A stretch of DNA of 64,000 nucleotides from Alphaproteobacteria bacterium (GTDB taxonomy: Bacteria > Pseudomonadota > Alphaproteobacteria > UBA7887). Made by a program: the position numbers and the translations under genes. Shown piece after piece: positions 26,219 through 35,634 of the stretch (position 1 is its first letter; each line of letters starts with the position of its first letter). The stretch lies in contig CBDCGL010000011.1 of NCBI GenBank assembly GCA_965216755.1, positions 2,144,001-2,208,000 of the forward strand. The letters are read 5' to 3'. The notes under the pieces are model-generated. The model was not told the DNA's origin. It worked only from the letters and a program-made list of their open reading frames with translations, and searched no databases.

Positions 26219-28629
26219 GGTTCGCATCCCAGCCATTCGGTCAAGGCGGCGGCAACACGGTTCATGACGCCGGCCCAGTCGCCGTGACGCGCCTGACGAA
26301 ACAGCCGCATGTTCGGGTACCACAATGTTTCATCGCAATCGAGCTGCCAGCGCCAATCGGGCACGTGGGTCAGCAGCGTCCACACAGGAATGCCCATTGC
26401 TCCAGCCAAATGAACTGTGGTGTTGGAAATCGATATCACCAAATCCAGGGCGCCGATTTGCGCCGCGAAATCGTCAAGGCTGGTCATTTGATCGATGCGA
26501 TCATCGCGGTGGATTCGTACGCCCTGGTCTTCCGCGACGGTCGCGCGATCTTCGCTTGTGTCACCATATTGGAGGTCGAAGAAGCGGACGCCGGGCAAAC
26601 GCAGAATCTCAAACCACAGAGGCAGCGGCGCTGACTTAATACGCCCCCAATGGGGCGCCGCACTGCACCACGCGATACCGATCTTGCGCTCTGGCCCCAT
26701 GGCCGCGTACCGTTCGCGACAATCCGCGCTTTTCGCAGCATCGCAACGTAGATAGGCCTGTGCGGGCAAGAACGCCTTGCGGCTGCCACGAACCCATTGG
26801 TGAACACTGCCCAGCGCCGTTTGCGCGCCGACCGGATCGTCAATCGTTTCCGGTTGCGGCGGTGTCGTTCGTGGCACAACTGATAGCTGTGGCAAGGAAC
26901 GTCGAAACAACGGGACCAAGCGTGGATCACATTCGAAGACAATTTGCCCAGGCGCGACCCGATCCGCGACGTCGGCCAGGGCCGTACCCAGCATGACTTG
27001 GTCGCCGGCGCCCTGTTCACCCCACACCAACAGTGCGCCATCAGAGATCCTTTGGCCGTCCCACCACGGTTGCGGGAAGGTTCGTCGCCAAATCCCGGAT
27101 TGCCGCCACCGCCATTCGTATTCGGGATAGCCGCGCGCGAAGTCGCCGCGCAACAGGTGCAGCATGCCCAAATTCTGATGCGGCCCAGCAACGTCATGTT
27201 GGCAGGAAATGGCGCGCCGGTAATGATTTTCGGCCTCATCGAAAGCACCTGCCGCCACCAAAGCGTTGCCCAAATTGTTATGGGCATCACAGTCGTCGGG
27301 CGCCAAGGCCAGTGCGTGACGCACGGCTGAGACAGCCTCGTCGTAGCGACCCTGATGCTTGAGTGCGGTGCCGAGATTGTTCAGCACGGCCGGCCGTTGA
27401 GGATCGATGGCGATGGCTTGGCGAAACCGGCTTTCAGCGGCTTCAAGGCGATCCTGCTCGATCAGAGCGTTGCCGATATTGACCAGAGTCTCGACATTTT
27501 CCGGCTCCAGGGCCAGGGCGCGCTCGAAATACGCCATGGCGTCGACCATTTTCCCGTCGCCACGCGATATCCGGCCAATGCCGTTCATCGCGGCGACGCA
27601 GTCTTGATCTTGTTCCAACGCGCCCGTAAAGGCATTTCGCGCACCAGTGATATCGCCTTGATCGAGCAGCAACCGTCCTAGGGCGACGTGCCAGTCCGCA
27701 ACGTCCGCGCACCGATCAAGCGCTTGTCGCCAAGCGATAGCGGCCTCGGTCAGGCGGCCGATTTGGCCCAGCATGATGGCGCGATTGGCGTAGCTGTCCG
27801 CGATTTGGGGCGCGACTGCGACAGCTCGGGAAAAGCAAGCTTCGGCCCCTGCCACATCGCCCAAAGTGGCCCGACAGACGCCAAGCGCATTGAGGATTTC
27901 CGGATTATGTGGATCTTCGGCCAGAAGGTGTTCATAGGCCTGGATCGCCGCATCGTGGTCGCCCACCTGGCGCAGGCAATCGGCCAAGTTGCGCCATCCC
28001 GGCAGGAAGTCCGGCCGCATCGCCAACGCCGCGCGAAACAGGGCCAATGCCTCGTCCGCATGGCCCATTGCCAATGCCGCCGTACCATCATTGTTAATCG
28101 GTTCCGGATTATCGGGATCCGTTTGGTGCGCGGTCCGATAGGCGGCGCGCGCTTCGGCAAAGCGCTGCAATCGTGCATAAGCGACACCGAGGCCATTATG
28201 GGCGTCGACCAAATCGGGGCGGGCCGCGATGGCTTTCTTGTAGTGGGTGATCGCCGCCTCCACGTCACCTTTTGCCGCCAGCATGTTGGCGAGATTGTTG
28301 TTGGCCTCGGGATGCGTCGGGTCAATGGCAAGCGCCGCGCGGTAATACGCAAGCGCGGTTTCGTCGGCACCACGCGCGCCGTGCGCCGCCGCCAACCGGT
28401 TCAGGTAGTCGGGACGATGCGCGTCAATTTCAACGGCCCGCTGCAGCTGTGTCACAGCGGTATCCAGGTCCCCGGCTTGCAACGCAACCAGACCGAACAG
28501 ATGGGCCGCGTGGGCGTTGTCGGGGTCAAGCGATGCCGCTTGTTGATAGAGCGCCTGTGCATCGCTCAGACGGCCGGCTTGGTGAAACCGCAGTCCCAGC
28601 GCCAGCTTTGCCCCCACGTCTGCAGCCAT
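26215..28629 (-). CDS. TPR + GT-B glycosyltransferase, FlmG-like (copy 4, longest TPR array)
   Basis: About 490 aa of TPRs, WGEQGAGD, GIAWCS, DWRW. Confidence 0.8.
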   Translation of the reverse strand: MAADVGAKLALGLRFHQAGRLSDAQALYQQAASLDPDNAHAAHLFGLVALQAGDLDTAVTQLQRAVEIDAHRPDYLNRLAAAHGARGADETALAYYRAALAIDPTHPEANNNLANMLAAKGDVEAAITHYKKAIAARPDLVDAHNGLGVAYARLQRFAEARAAYRTAHQTDPDNPEPINNDGTAALAMGHADEALALFRAALAMRPDFLPGWRNLADCLRQVGDHDAAIQAYEHLLAEDPHNPEILNALGVCRATLGDVAGAEACFSRAVAVAPQIADSYANRAIMLGQIGRLTEAAIAWRQALDRCADVADWHVALGRLLLDQGDITGARNAFTGALEQDQDCVAAMNGIGRISRGDGKMVDAMAYFERALALEPENVETLVNIGNALIEQDRLEAAESRFRQAIAIDPQRPAVLNNLGTALKHQGRYDEAVSAVRHALALAPDDCDAHNNLGNALVAAGAFDEAENHYRRAISCQHDVAGPHQNLGMLHLLRGDFARGYPEYEWRWRQSGIWRRTFPQPWWDGQRISDGALLVWGEQGAGDQVMLGTALADVADRVAPGQIVFECDPRLVPLFRRSLPQLSVVPRTTPPQPETIDDPVGAQTALGSVHQWVRGSRKAFLPAQAYLRCDAAKSADCRERYAAMGPERKIGIAWCSAAPHWGRIKSAPLPLWFEILRLPGVRFFDLQYGDTSEDRATVAEDQGVRIHRDDRIDQMTSLDDFAAQIGALDLVISISNTTVHLAGAMGIPVWTLLTHVPDWRWQLDCDETLWYPNMRLFRQARHGDWAGVMNRVAAALTEWLGCEP

Positions 28630-28704
28630 CGGTTCCCTAACGCGCCGCGTATGCGAAATGAGCGCCCCTTGTCTCGACGCTGCGAAAGCGGCCCCTTTTT
28701 GCCT

Positions 28705-29373
28705 TCATCCCGAGATCAGATCGGACTTGATACCGCTTTCGCCCTGGGCTAACTGAACCGCCGTTTCGACCACGAACATGTAACGGATCGTCGGATAAGC
28801 CCTGGCAATGTCTCGGATGACCGGTGTCCACCAACCTGCTGGTTGCACCGTGCAATGGGCGTTCTCGCCGTTGGGCAGTATCTTCTGCGCCGGGTAGTTC
28901 GCAATGTTCGCGAACACAAATACGCGGGCAAATCCAAACAATTCGGATAAAATCCAGCCGAGATCCTCTTCGGGACAATGCTCAAGTACGTCGGTGCAAA
29001 TGACCCCATCGAACGTGGTGTCTGGCAAGGCACTATAGGGTGCGTAGCCGGGATCGTAACAGGTGACCGCGTCGACACCCCAATAGGCCGACAGGCTGTC
29101 ATGGCGGCTGCCGTCGGGCGCAACATAAGGTGTGCGGTAGCCCAGCCCCTTACCCGCGCCGTAGTCGAGGATCGTTTGTGGCTGAAGCTTGTCGACGACT
29201 TGCTTGATCACCGGTGCCTGACGAAACAGGCTTTGCCCGGCAAAAGTCGACTCGGCGCCCAAGCCTTGTTCGGCTTGGCCGTGATCGTGCATCGTTGCGT
29301 AGAGCGAAATGAGCTCTTGGTAGCGCGGACTTGGTGCGCTCCGGCTGTAGGTCTGCTGCATTGCTAATGGCAA
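28705..29373 (-). CDS. Class I SAM-dependent methyltransferase
   Basis: ILDYGAGKG motif I, YDP, FDGVICTDVLEH. Confidence 0.8.
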   Translation of the reverse strand: MPLAMQQTYSRSAPSPRYQELISLYATMHDHGQAEQGLGAESTFAGQSLFRQAPVIKQVVDKLQPQTILDYGAGKGLGYRTPYVAPDGSRHDSLSAYWGVDAVTCYDPGYAPYSALPDTTFDGVICTDVLEHCPEEDLGWILSELFGFARVFVFANIANYPAQKILPNGENAHCTVQPAGWWTPVIRDIARAYPTIRYMFVVETAVQLAQGESGIKSDLISG

Positions 29374-29524
29374 GATACGCGCCCCGATAGCATTTCACGA
29401 AATGGTCGGCGTCCAAGGCACGTTACGGCCTCCACACTTAAGAATGTGTTTACCGCCGGCGGGCAAAAACAATGCTTCCGGGCCGGCATCCGCATTTCCG
29501 CGTGCACCCGGCGACAGGGCCAAG

Positions 29525-31975
29525 ATGAACTCTACCGGTAAGATCTTGCAGATGGGCTTATCCAAACATCGCGCCGGTCGCTTGCAGGCGGCCGAGCGAG
29601 CCTATCGCGCTGTCTTGGATCACGATCGCGCCAATCCCGACGCACTCCATTTGCTCGGACTGGTGCACCACCAACGCGGTGACCATCGACGTGCCTTGTC
29701 GTTGATCACAAAGGCCATTGGTACCGGGCGGGTTTCGGCGAGTTACCACAACTCCGTCGGCGAAACCCACCGTGCTCTGGGAGACAGTGCAGCCGCCATG
29801 GCCGCCTACCGCGAAGCCATTCGCATCGACGAAAGTTTCGGCGACGCCTGGAACAATATGGGCGTGGTTCTGCGCAGTCTCGGCGATCGTCGCGGCGCGC
29901 TGAGTCATTTCCAGCGCGCGGTCACGCTGAACCCAAAACACGTGCATGCCCTGAACAATCTGGGCGTCGTTCAAATCGAACTGGGCAAGCACGGCCAAGC
30001 CGCCGACACCCTGCGTCGGGTCGTTGAGATCGATCCGAGCTGCGTTGAAGCCCACGCGAATCTGGGTAACGCTCTGCGCCACCTCGGTCACTTGGAAGCG
30101 GCCGAGACAGCTTATCGTGCAGCCATACGCCGGGGGCCAAACAGCGCCCGCGCGCGCAACAATCTGGGCGTGGTGCTGCAACAACTTGGCCGTTTGTCGG
30201 AGGCCGAGGCGGCGTTTCGCTTGGCCCTGAGTCTTAGACCCACCGACACCTCGGCACACAACAACCTGGGCGCGGCCTGCTTCGTACAAGGCCGCGTACA
30301 AGAATCAATTGCGCACTATCAATCGGCCATAAATTATGACCCCGATTACGCCGACGCTCACGAAAACCTGGCCGCAGCCTATCTTGCGCAAAGCCGGGTC
30401 AACAGCGCCATCGCATCTGCGCGGCGCGCATTGGAGGCACATCCACACAGCGGCAAGGCCTTAAACGTCTTGGGCAATGCGTTGCTGCAAAAACGTGACC
30501 TCGCCGCGGCCATGGAAGCCTTTGAGCACGCATTGGTCACCGACGATGGTGCCGACGAAGCATTCTGGTGCCTCGTTTCTTACATGCCGGCGATCGCGGA
30601 TTGGGCGGGTCATGCGCGCTATACGCGATTGCTTGAAGAGCGATTGACGAACCTACAGAAAACGGACAACGCGCGTCGATTTGGACATATTGTCCCGCTG
30701 TCGTTTTCGTTGCCGTACTTCTCAGACGACACTGCGCTGCTCGGGCGGGTCCTGCGCATGGCCGCGCGCCATATCGAGGACCGCGCGCGCCATGTGGCGC
30801 CGAACATCGTTTTCTCGAGCCAGCCTCGGGGCGGGCAACTTCGGGTCGGCTATGTGTCACCCGATTTTGGCGATCATCCCATCGGCCATGTGACACGGCC
30901 GATATTTGGCTTGCACGATCGGAGGCGATTTCACATCACATGCTATGGGTTGTTGGACCGTAGCGGCGAATCCGCCCCTTATCACAAAGACATCGCAGCA
31001 GCGGCGGATCGGTTCATCGATCTCTCGGGGCACACACTTGTCGATGCGGCGCGCGCGATTCACGCCGATCAGATTGATATCCTCATCGACCTGACCGGCA
31101 ACATGCGATATGGCCAGCCAACCATTTTCGCCATGCGGCCGGCCCCCATTCAAGTTTACTGGCTGGGCCATGGCGGTGGATTGGGTGCGCGATACATCGA
31201 TTATGTGATCGCCGACCCGATCGTCGTACCCGACACAATGCGGGCCGATTATGTCGAGGCGGTTGCGCGCCTACCCGATAGCTTTTCGAGCGCCGATCAG
31301 CCGCCGATCGCGGATCAACCGCTGAGCCGGTCGGATTTCAATTTGCCAAACGAAGCGGTTGTGTTTTGCGCATTCAACAATTCTTTGAAACTCGAACCCG
31401 ACACGTTCATGGCCTGGATGAAAATCCTCGCCGCAACGCCAAACAGCGTGCTGTGGCTGAGCGCCAGTGACAATGACGTACTGAAGCAAAGTCTTCGGTG
31501 CCACGCGGCGAACGCCAGGATCGATCCCGGCCGCCTGGTTTTCGCCTCCCGATTGGAAGACAAAACGCTGCATCTCGCGCGCCATCGCTTGGCCGACCTT
31601 TTCCTGGACAGCTTCAAATTCAACGCATCGACCACAGCCTTGGACGCTCTATGGGCGGGATTGCCCGTTCTGACCCTTGCTGGCAACGGATTTCACAGCC
31701 GCATTGGCGCCAGCTATCTGCGCGCCTTGCGCATGGACGACATGATTTGTACCACACCCGATGAGTTCGTACGCCGCGCCAACGTGCTGGCGACAAATCC
31801 CGGGCAACGTCAAATGTTGAAATCCCGCTTGGAAAGCCGGCGCAAGACCGCACCCCTGTTCCAAGCGGACCGTTTTGTTCGCCACCTAGAATGGGCTTTT
31901 GAACATATGTGGCAAATCCGTTCCGAAGGGGATAAACCGGCGTCGTTCGACGTCCCGGTTTGCCGGACCGATTAA
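29525..31975 (+). CDS. TPR + GT41 (OGT/SPINDLY-like) protein glycosyltransferase, copy A
   Basis: TPRs, GYVSPDFGDHPIGH, DILIDLTG, PAPIQV, FCAFNNSLK, ADLFLDS..NASTTALDALWAGLP; probable start MNSTGK. Confidence 0.85.
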   Translation: MNSTGKILQMGLSKHRAGRLQAAERAYRAVLDHDRANPDALHLLGLVHHQRGDHRRALSLITKAIGTGRVSASYHNSVGETHRALGDSAAAMAAYREAIRIDESFGDAWNNMGVVLRSLGDRRGALSHFQRAVTLNPKHVHALNNLGVVQIELGKHGQAADTLRRVVEIDPSCVEAHANLGNALRHLGHLEAAETAYRAAIRRGPNSARARNNLGVVLQQLGRLSEAEAAFRLALSLRPTDTSAHNNLGAACFVQGRVQESIAHYQSAINYDPDYADAHENLAAAYLAQSRVNSAIASARRALEAHPHSGKALNVLGNALLQKRDLAAAMEAFEHALVTDDGADEAFWCLVSYMPAIADWAGHARYTRLLEERLTNLQKTDNARRFGHIVPLSFSLPYFSDDTALLGRVLRMAARHIEDRARHVAPNIVFSSQPRGGQLRVGYVSPDFGDHPIGHVTRPIFGLHDRRRFHITCYGLLDRSGESAPYHKDIAAAADRFIDLSGHTLVDAARAIHADQIDILIDLTGNMRYGQPTIFAMRPAPIQVYWLGHGGGLGARYIDYVIADPIVVPDTMRADYVEAVARLPDSFSSADQPPIADQPLSRSDFNLPNEAVVFCAFNNSLKLEPDTFMAWMKILAATPNSVLWLSASDNDVLKQSLRCHAANARIDPGRLVFASRLEDKTLHLARHRLADLFLDSFKFNASTTALDALWAGLPVLTLAGNGFHSRIGASYLRALRMDDMICTTPDEFVRRANVLATNPGQRQMLKSRLESRRKTAPLFQADRFVRHLEWAFEHMWQIRSEGDKPASFDVPVCRTD

Positions 31976-32010
31976 GCCTTCTTCAGCAATTTCCCGCCAC
32001 ACTAAACTAT

Positions 32011-32604
32011 ATGACCATCGCCGATACCCACGGGGCAGGCGCGACGACAAGGGCGCGCGCGCACGACGCTGGCCTGCGCCTTCATTTGGGTTGCGGGCGG
32101 CGCGAGATTCCCGGGTTTTATCACATTGACCTGATGCCCTATCCGCATGTCGACCACATCGGCGCGGTCGAGCGCCTGGATCAATTTGCGGATGGCACCG
32201 TCACGATGATCTACGCCTGTCACGTGCTTGAGCATTTCGGCCGCTATCGGGTGTTCGACGTTGTTGCTGAGTGGTATCGCGTGTTGCGCCCGAACGGCTT
32301 GCTGCGTCTCGCCGTTCCCGATTTCCAGGCAGCGGCACGATTCTACCAGCGCGATGGTGATATCCGTCACGTCTTGGGTTTGCTGATGGGTGGCCAGACA
32401 ACGCGTTACGACTATCATCGCGTCATCTTCGACGAAACGAGCCTGGGCGGCCTATTGGAAGATGTCGGATTTCGTGACATTCGGCGCTACGACTGGCGGC
32501 AAACCGAACACGCTTGGCTTGACGATTTTAGTCAAGCGTATCTGCCGCACTTGGACAAAGACGCGGGCGTGTTGGTGAGCCTGAATGTTGAGGCGGAAAA
32601 ATGA
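32011..32604 (+). CDS. Methyltransferase type 11-like, copy A
   Basis: LHLGCG, IYACHVLEHF, EWYRVLRPNG..VPDF. Confidence 0.8.
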   Translation: MTIADTHGAGATTRARAHDAGLRLHLGCGRREIPGFYHIDLMPYPHVDHIGAVERLDQFADGTVTMIYACHVLEHFGRYRVFDVVAEWYRVLRPNGLLRLAVPDFQAAARFYQRDGDIRHVLGLLMGGQTTRYDYHRVIFDETSLGGLLEDVGFRDIRRYDWRQTEHAWLDDFSQAYLPHLDKDAGVLVSLNVEAEK

Positions 32605-32635
32605 GGCGCGGCCTAGCGCGTCCGACGATTGTGAT

Positions 32636-35095
32636 ATGTCATTAGCCAGCACAAATTTAGCTGAAGCTGTCGCGCGTCATCGCAGTGGTGACCTTGGCGC
32701 CGCCGAAGACCTATACCGCCAGCTCATCGACGACAGCACGGACGCGGGCAACCTCCGGGTCGATGCACTGCATTTGTTGGGCGTACTCTATCATCAGCGC
32801 GGCAACTATGCTGGTGCGGTCGCGTTGATCGAACAAGCGCTGGCGCTGCGTCCTGACGACGCCGACATGCACGCGAATGTCGGCGAATCCCATCGCATGC
32901 TTGGCGATCGCGAGGAAGCCGTATGGCACTTTGAGCAAGCGTTGTCGGCGCACCCGGATTGTGCCGCCGCACTTCATAACCTGGGTCTCGTTGCGCTTGC
33001 AGAGCAACGACCCGAACACGCTATCCCGCGACTTCGAAAAGCCGTGGCACTTAAGCCAAACGCCGTCCAGTTCACCATCAACCTTGGCCGGGCGCTGTTT
33101 GCAGCCGGCAAATTTGACGAAGCCGTTGACGTATTTCAAGACATCGTGTCACTGCATGCTGATCACGTGCCCGCGCTGACGCTGCTGGCAATGAGCCTGG
33201 AGCGCGCGGGCCACCGCAATGAAGCTCTGGCCACATATTCACGCGTGATTGCGGCAGACCCAAGCAATGTCGATTGCCTGCACCGCATTGCCGTTGTACT
33301 TCATCGTGGATGCGACCCTGAAGCCGCCGTTTCTTACTACCGCCGTGCCCTGAGGGTCGCGCCAGACCGCGGCGACATCCGAAACAACTTGGCTGCCGCA
33401 CTCACCGACTGCGGACAGCCGGAGCGCGCGATCGATCACTACAAGGCGGCGATCGCTGCGAACCCCAAGGCCGTGTCGGCCTATGCCAATCTGGGTCGGG
33501 CGCTCCATTTGAGTGGACAACTCGACGCGGCGAACCAGTATCTCCAGCGCGCGCTTGAATTCGCCCCCAATCATGCTGAGGCTCTGAACAGCTTGGGCAA
33601 CGTCTATGTCGACCAAGGTCATGTCGACGAAGCAATCCAGTACTATGAGCGCGCACTCGTCGCGGCGCCTGGTCATCACGCCGCCTATGTTAGCTTGTTG
33701 GTGCAGACTGGGAATATCTGTGATTGGCGCCGTCAAAGCGCCTTGTTGGCGCAATTGCCTGACCACTTATCACGCTTGCAAGAAACCGGCGAATCGCCGG
33801 AGTTTCTACGGCCACTCGGATTCGCCCTGCCATATATATGCCGTGACAATGAATTGATCGGCCACCTTCTTACAATTGTCGGCCGCAGCATCGCGCGGGG
33901 CGCGCGACCGGTAACGCGCCCCCATCATCGGCGACAAACTGACCCCGATAAACGGCTGCACATCGGCTATGTTTCACCCGACTTCGGTGATCATCCGATC
34001 AGTCATGTTACCGTGCCGATCTACGCCGCGCATGATCGCGATCAGGTGGCAGTCTCGTGTTTTGCCTTGCTCGACCGTCAAGCGGCGGCGGGCGATTATC
34101 TGGCGCGTATCAGGGCTGGCGCCGATCGGTTCATCGATCTGTCAGGCTTATCCCACCGCGACGCGGCGCAACATATTGCCAACAGCGAAGTCGATATCTT
34201 GATCGACCTCGGCGGCTACATGCGCCATGCGCGGCCGGAGATCTTCGCCATGAAGCCGGCGCCAATTCAAGTGTATTGGCAAGGCCATACCGGCACGCTT
34301 GGTGCGCCCTATATCGACTATGTTATCGGCGACGAACACATGATGCCGGCCAGCGAAGATGACCGCTTGGCGGAGGCCGTGGTCCGCATGCCCGAAACGT
34401 TTTCAAGTGCCGACCGGCCGCCCATCGCCACCGATCCGCCGTCGCGTGCCAGCCAAGGATTGCCCGAACAAGGGATCGTTTTTTGCGCCTTTAACAACCC
34501 GTTGAAAATCGATCCGACCGTTTTCAAGGCTTGGATGCGGATTCTTGGCGCCGTGCCGGATGCGGTGCTGTGGCTGAGCGGCGGCACCAACCCGCTCGCC
34601 GAAGCCAATCTGAAGGTGGCCGCCAAGACTGCTGGAATCGCTCCAGAACGACTGGTCTTTGCCGCGCGCATTGCCGACAAGTCGGTCCACCTGGCCCGGC
34701 ACGCCCTCGCCGACATATTCCTCGACACGTTCAATTTCAACGCTTCGACCACGGCACTGGATGCGTTGTGGGCGGGGTTACCCCTCGTTGCGAAACGCGG
34801 GACCAACGCCTATTCGCGGATTACCACCGGCTATTTGCATGCGATTGACATGGCGGAACTGGTCTGCGACTCGGTCCACGCATATAGATCCTGCGCGGTT
34901 GCCCTTGCCACCAACTGCGAACGCCTTGCGAAAACGAAGCGGCGATTACAGGCTAACCGCGAGACATCGCCGTTGTTCGACAATCACCGATTTGTCCGCC
35001 ATCTGGAGTGGGCGTATCGCCATATGTGGCATAACCACGCGCGTCAACAGACACCCGCCTCTTTTGAGGTTCCATCGCTTGATGGACCATCATGA
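32636..35095 (+). CDS. TPR + GT41 (OGT/SPINDLY-like) protein glycosyltransferase, copy B
   Basis: TPRs, GYVSPDFGDHPISH, FCAFNNPLKIDP, ADIFLDT..NASTTALDALWAGLP. Confidence 0.85.
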   Translation: MSLASTNLAEAVARHRSGDLGAAEDLYRQLIDDSTDAGNLRVDALHLLGVLYHQRGNYAGAVALIEQALALRPDDADMHANVGESHRMLGDREEAVWHFEQALSAHPDCAAALHNLGLVALAEQRPEHAIPRLRKAVALKPNAVQFTINLGRALFAAGKFDEAVDVFQDIVSLHADHVPALTLLAMSLERAGHRNEALATYSRVIAADPSNVDCLHRIAVVLHRGCDPEAAVSYYRRALRVAPDRGDIRNNLAAALTDCGQPERAIDHYKAAIAANPKAVSAYANLGRALHLSGQLDAANQYLQRALEFAPNHAEALNSLGNVYVDQGHVDEAIQYYERALVAAPGHHAAYVSLLVQTGNICDWRRQSALLAQLPDHLSRLQETGESPEFLRPLGFALPYICRDNELIGHLLTIVGRSIARGARPVTRPHHRRQTDPDKRLHIGYVSPDFGDHPISHVTVPIYAAHDRDQVAVSCFALLDRQAAAGDYLARIRAGADRFIDLSGLSHRDAAQHIANSEVDILIDLGGYMRHARPEIFAMKPAPIQVYWQGHTGTLGAPYIDYVIGDEHMMPASEDDRLAEAVVRMPETFSSADRPPIATDPPSRASQGLPEQGIVFCAFNNPLKIDPTVFKAWMRILGAVPDAVLWLSGGTNPLAEANLKVAAKTAGIAPERLVFAARIADKSVHLARHALADIFLDTFNFNASTTALDALWAGLPLVAKRGTNAYSRITTGYLHAIDMAELVCDSVHAYRSCAVALATNCERLAKTKRRLQANRETSPLFDNHRFVRHLEWAYRHMWHNHARQQTPASFEVPSLDGPS

Positions 35096-35634
35096 GAAGC
35101 ACAACAAAATTATATCTCGGCTGTGGAACGCGGCATCTGCCCGGTTTCATCCACATAGATTCACGTCCCTATCCACATATCGATCACCTGACACGGATTG
35201 ACCGGCTCCCTATGTTTGCCGACGATTCGGTTGATCTGATATACGCCAGCCACGTGTTGGAACAATTTGGCCGTTATCAAATATTCGACGTGGTCTGCGA
35301 ATGGTATCGGGTGCTACGTCCGGGCGGTGCGTTACGCCTGGCGGGCCCGGACTTCGCCAAGGCCGTGCGCTATTACCTTAGCAACGGTGACATCCGCGAC
35401 GTAATGGGCCTGGTGGTCGGTGGCCAAGCGACCAGTGACGATGTTCACCGCACGCTGTTCGACGAGGCGAATTTAGGGGAACTCTTGCTCGACGTTGGAT
35501 TCGACTCGGTCGATCGCTATGACTGGCGGCAAACCGAGCACGCGGGCTTCGACGATCTCAGCCAGTCTTATTTGCCGCATTTGGACAAGACTGACGGCGT
35601 TCTGGTCAGCCTGAATGTCGAGGCGATCAAGTAA
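35092..35634 (+). CDS. Methyltransferase type 11-like, copy B
   Basis: LYLGCG, IYASHVLEQF; C-terminus nearly identical to copy A (RYDWRQTEHA..DD.SQ.YLPHLDK..GVLVSLNVEA.K). Confidence 0.8.
   Translation: MRSTTKLYLGCGTRHLPGFIHIDSRPYPHIDHLTRIDRLPMFADDSVDLIYASHVLEQFGRYQIFDVVCEWYRVLRPGGALRLAGPDFAKAVRYYLSNGDIRDVMGLVVGGQATSDDVHRTLFDEANLGELLLDVGFDSVDRYDWRQTEHAGFDDLSQSYLPHLDKTDGVLVSLNVEAIK

Noticed and set aside
27688-28752. 354-aa plus-strand ORF (also 35754-36914 minus, 386 aa)
   Set aside because: Antisense to well-supported TPR genes, Arg/Gly-rich and motif-free, as expected at high GC
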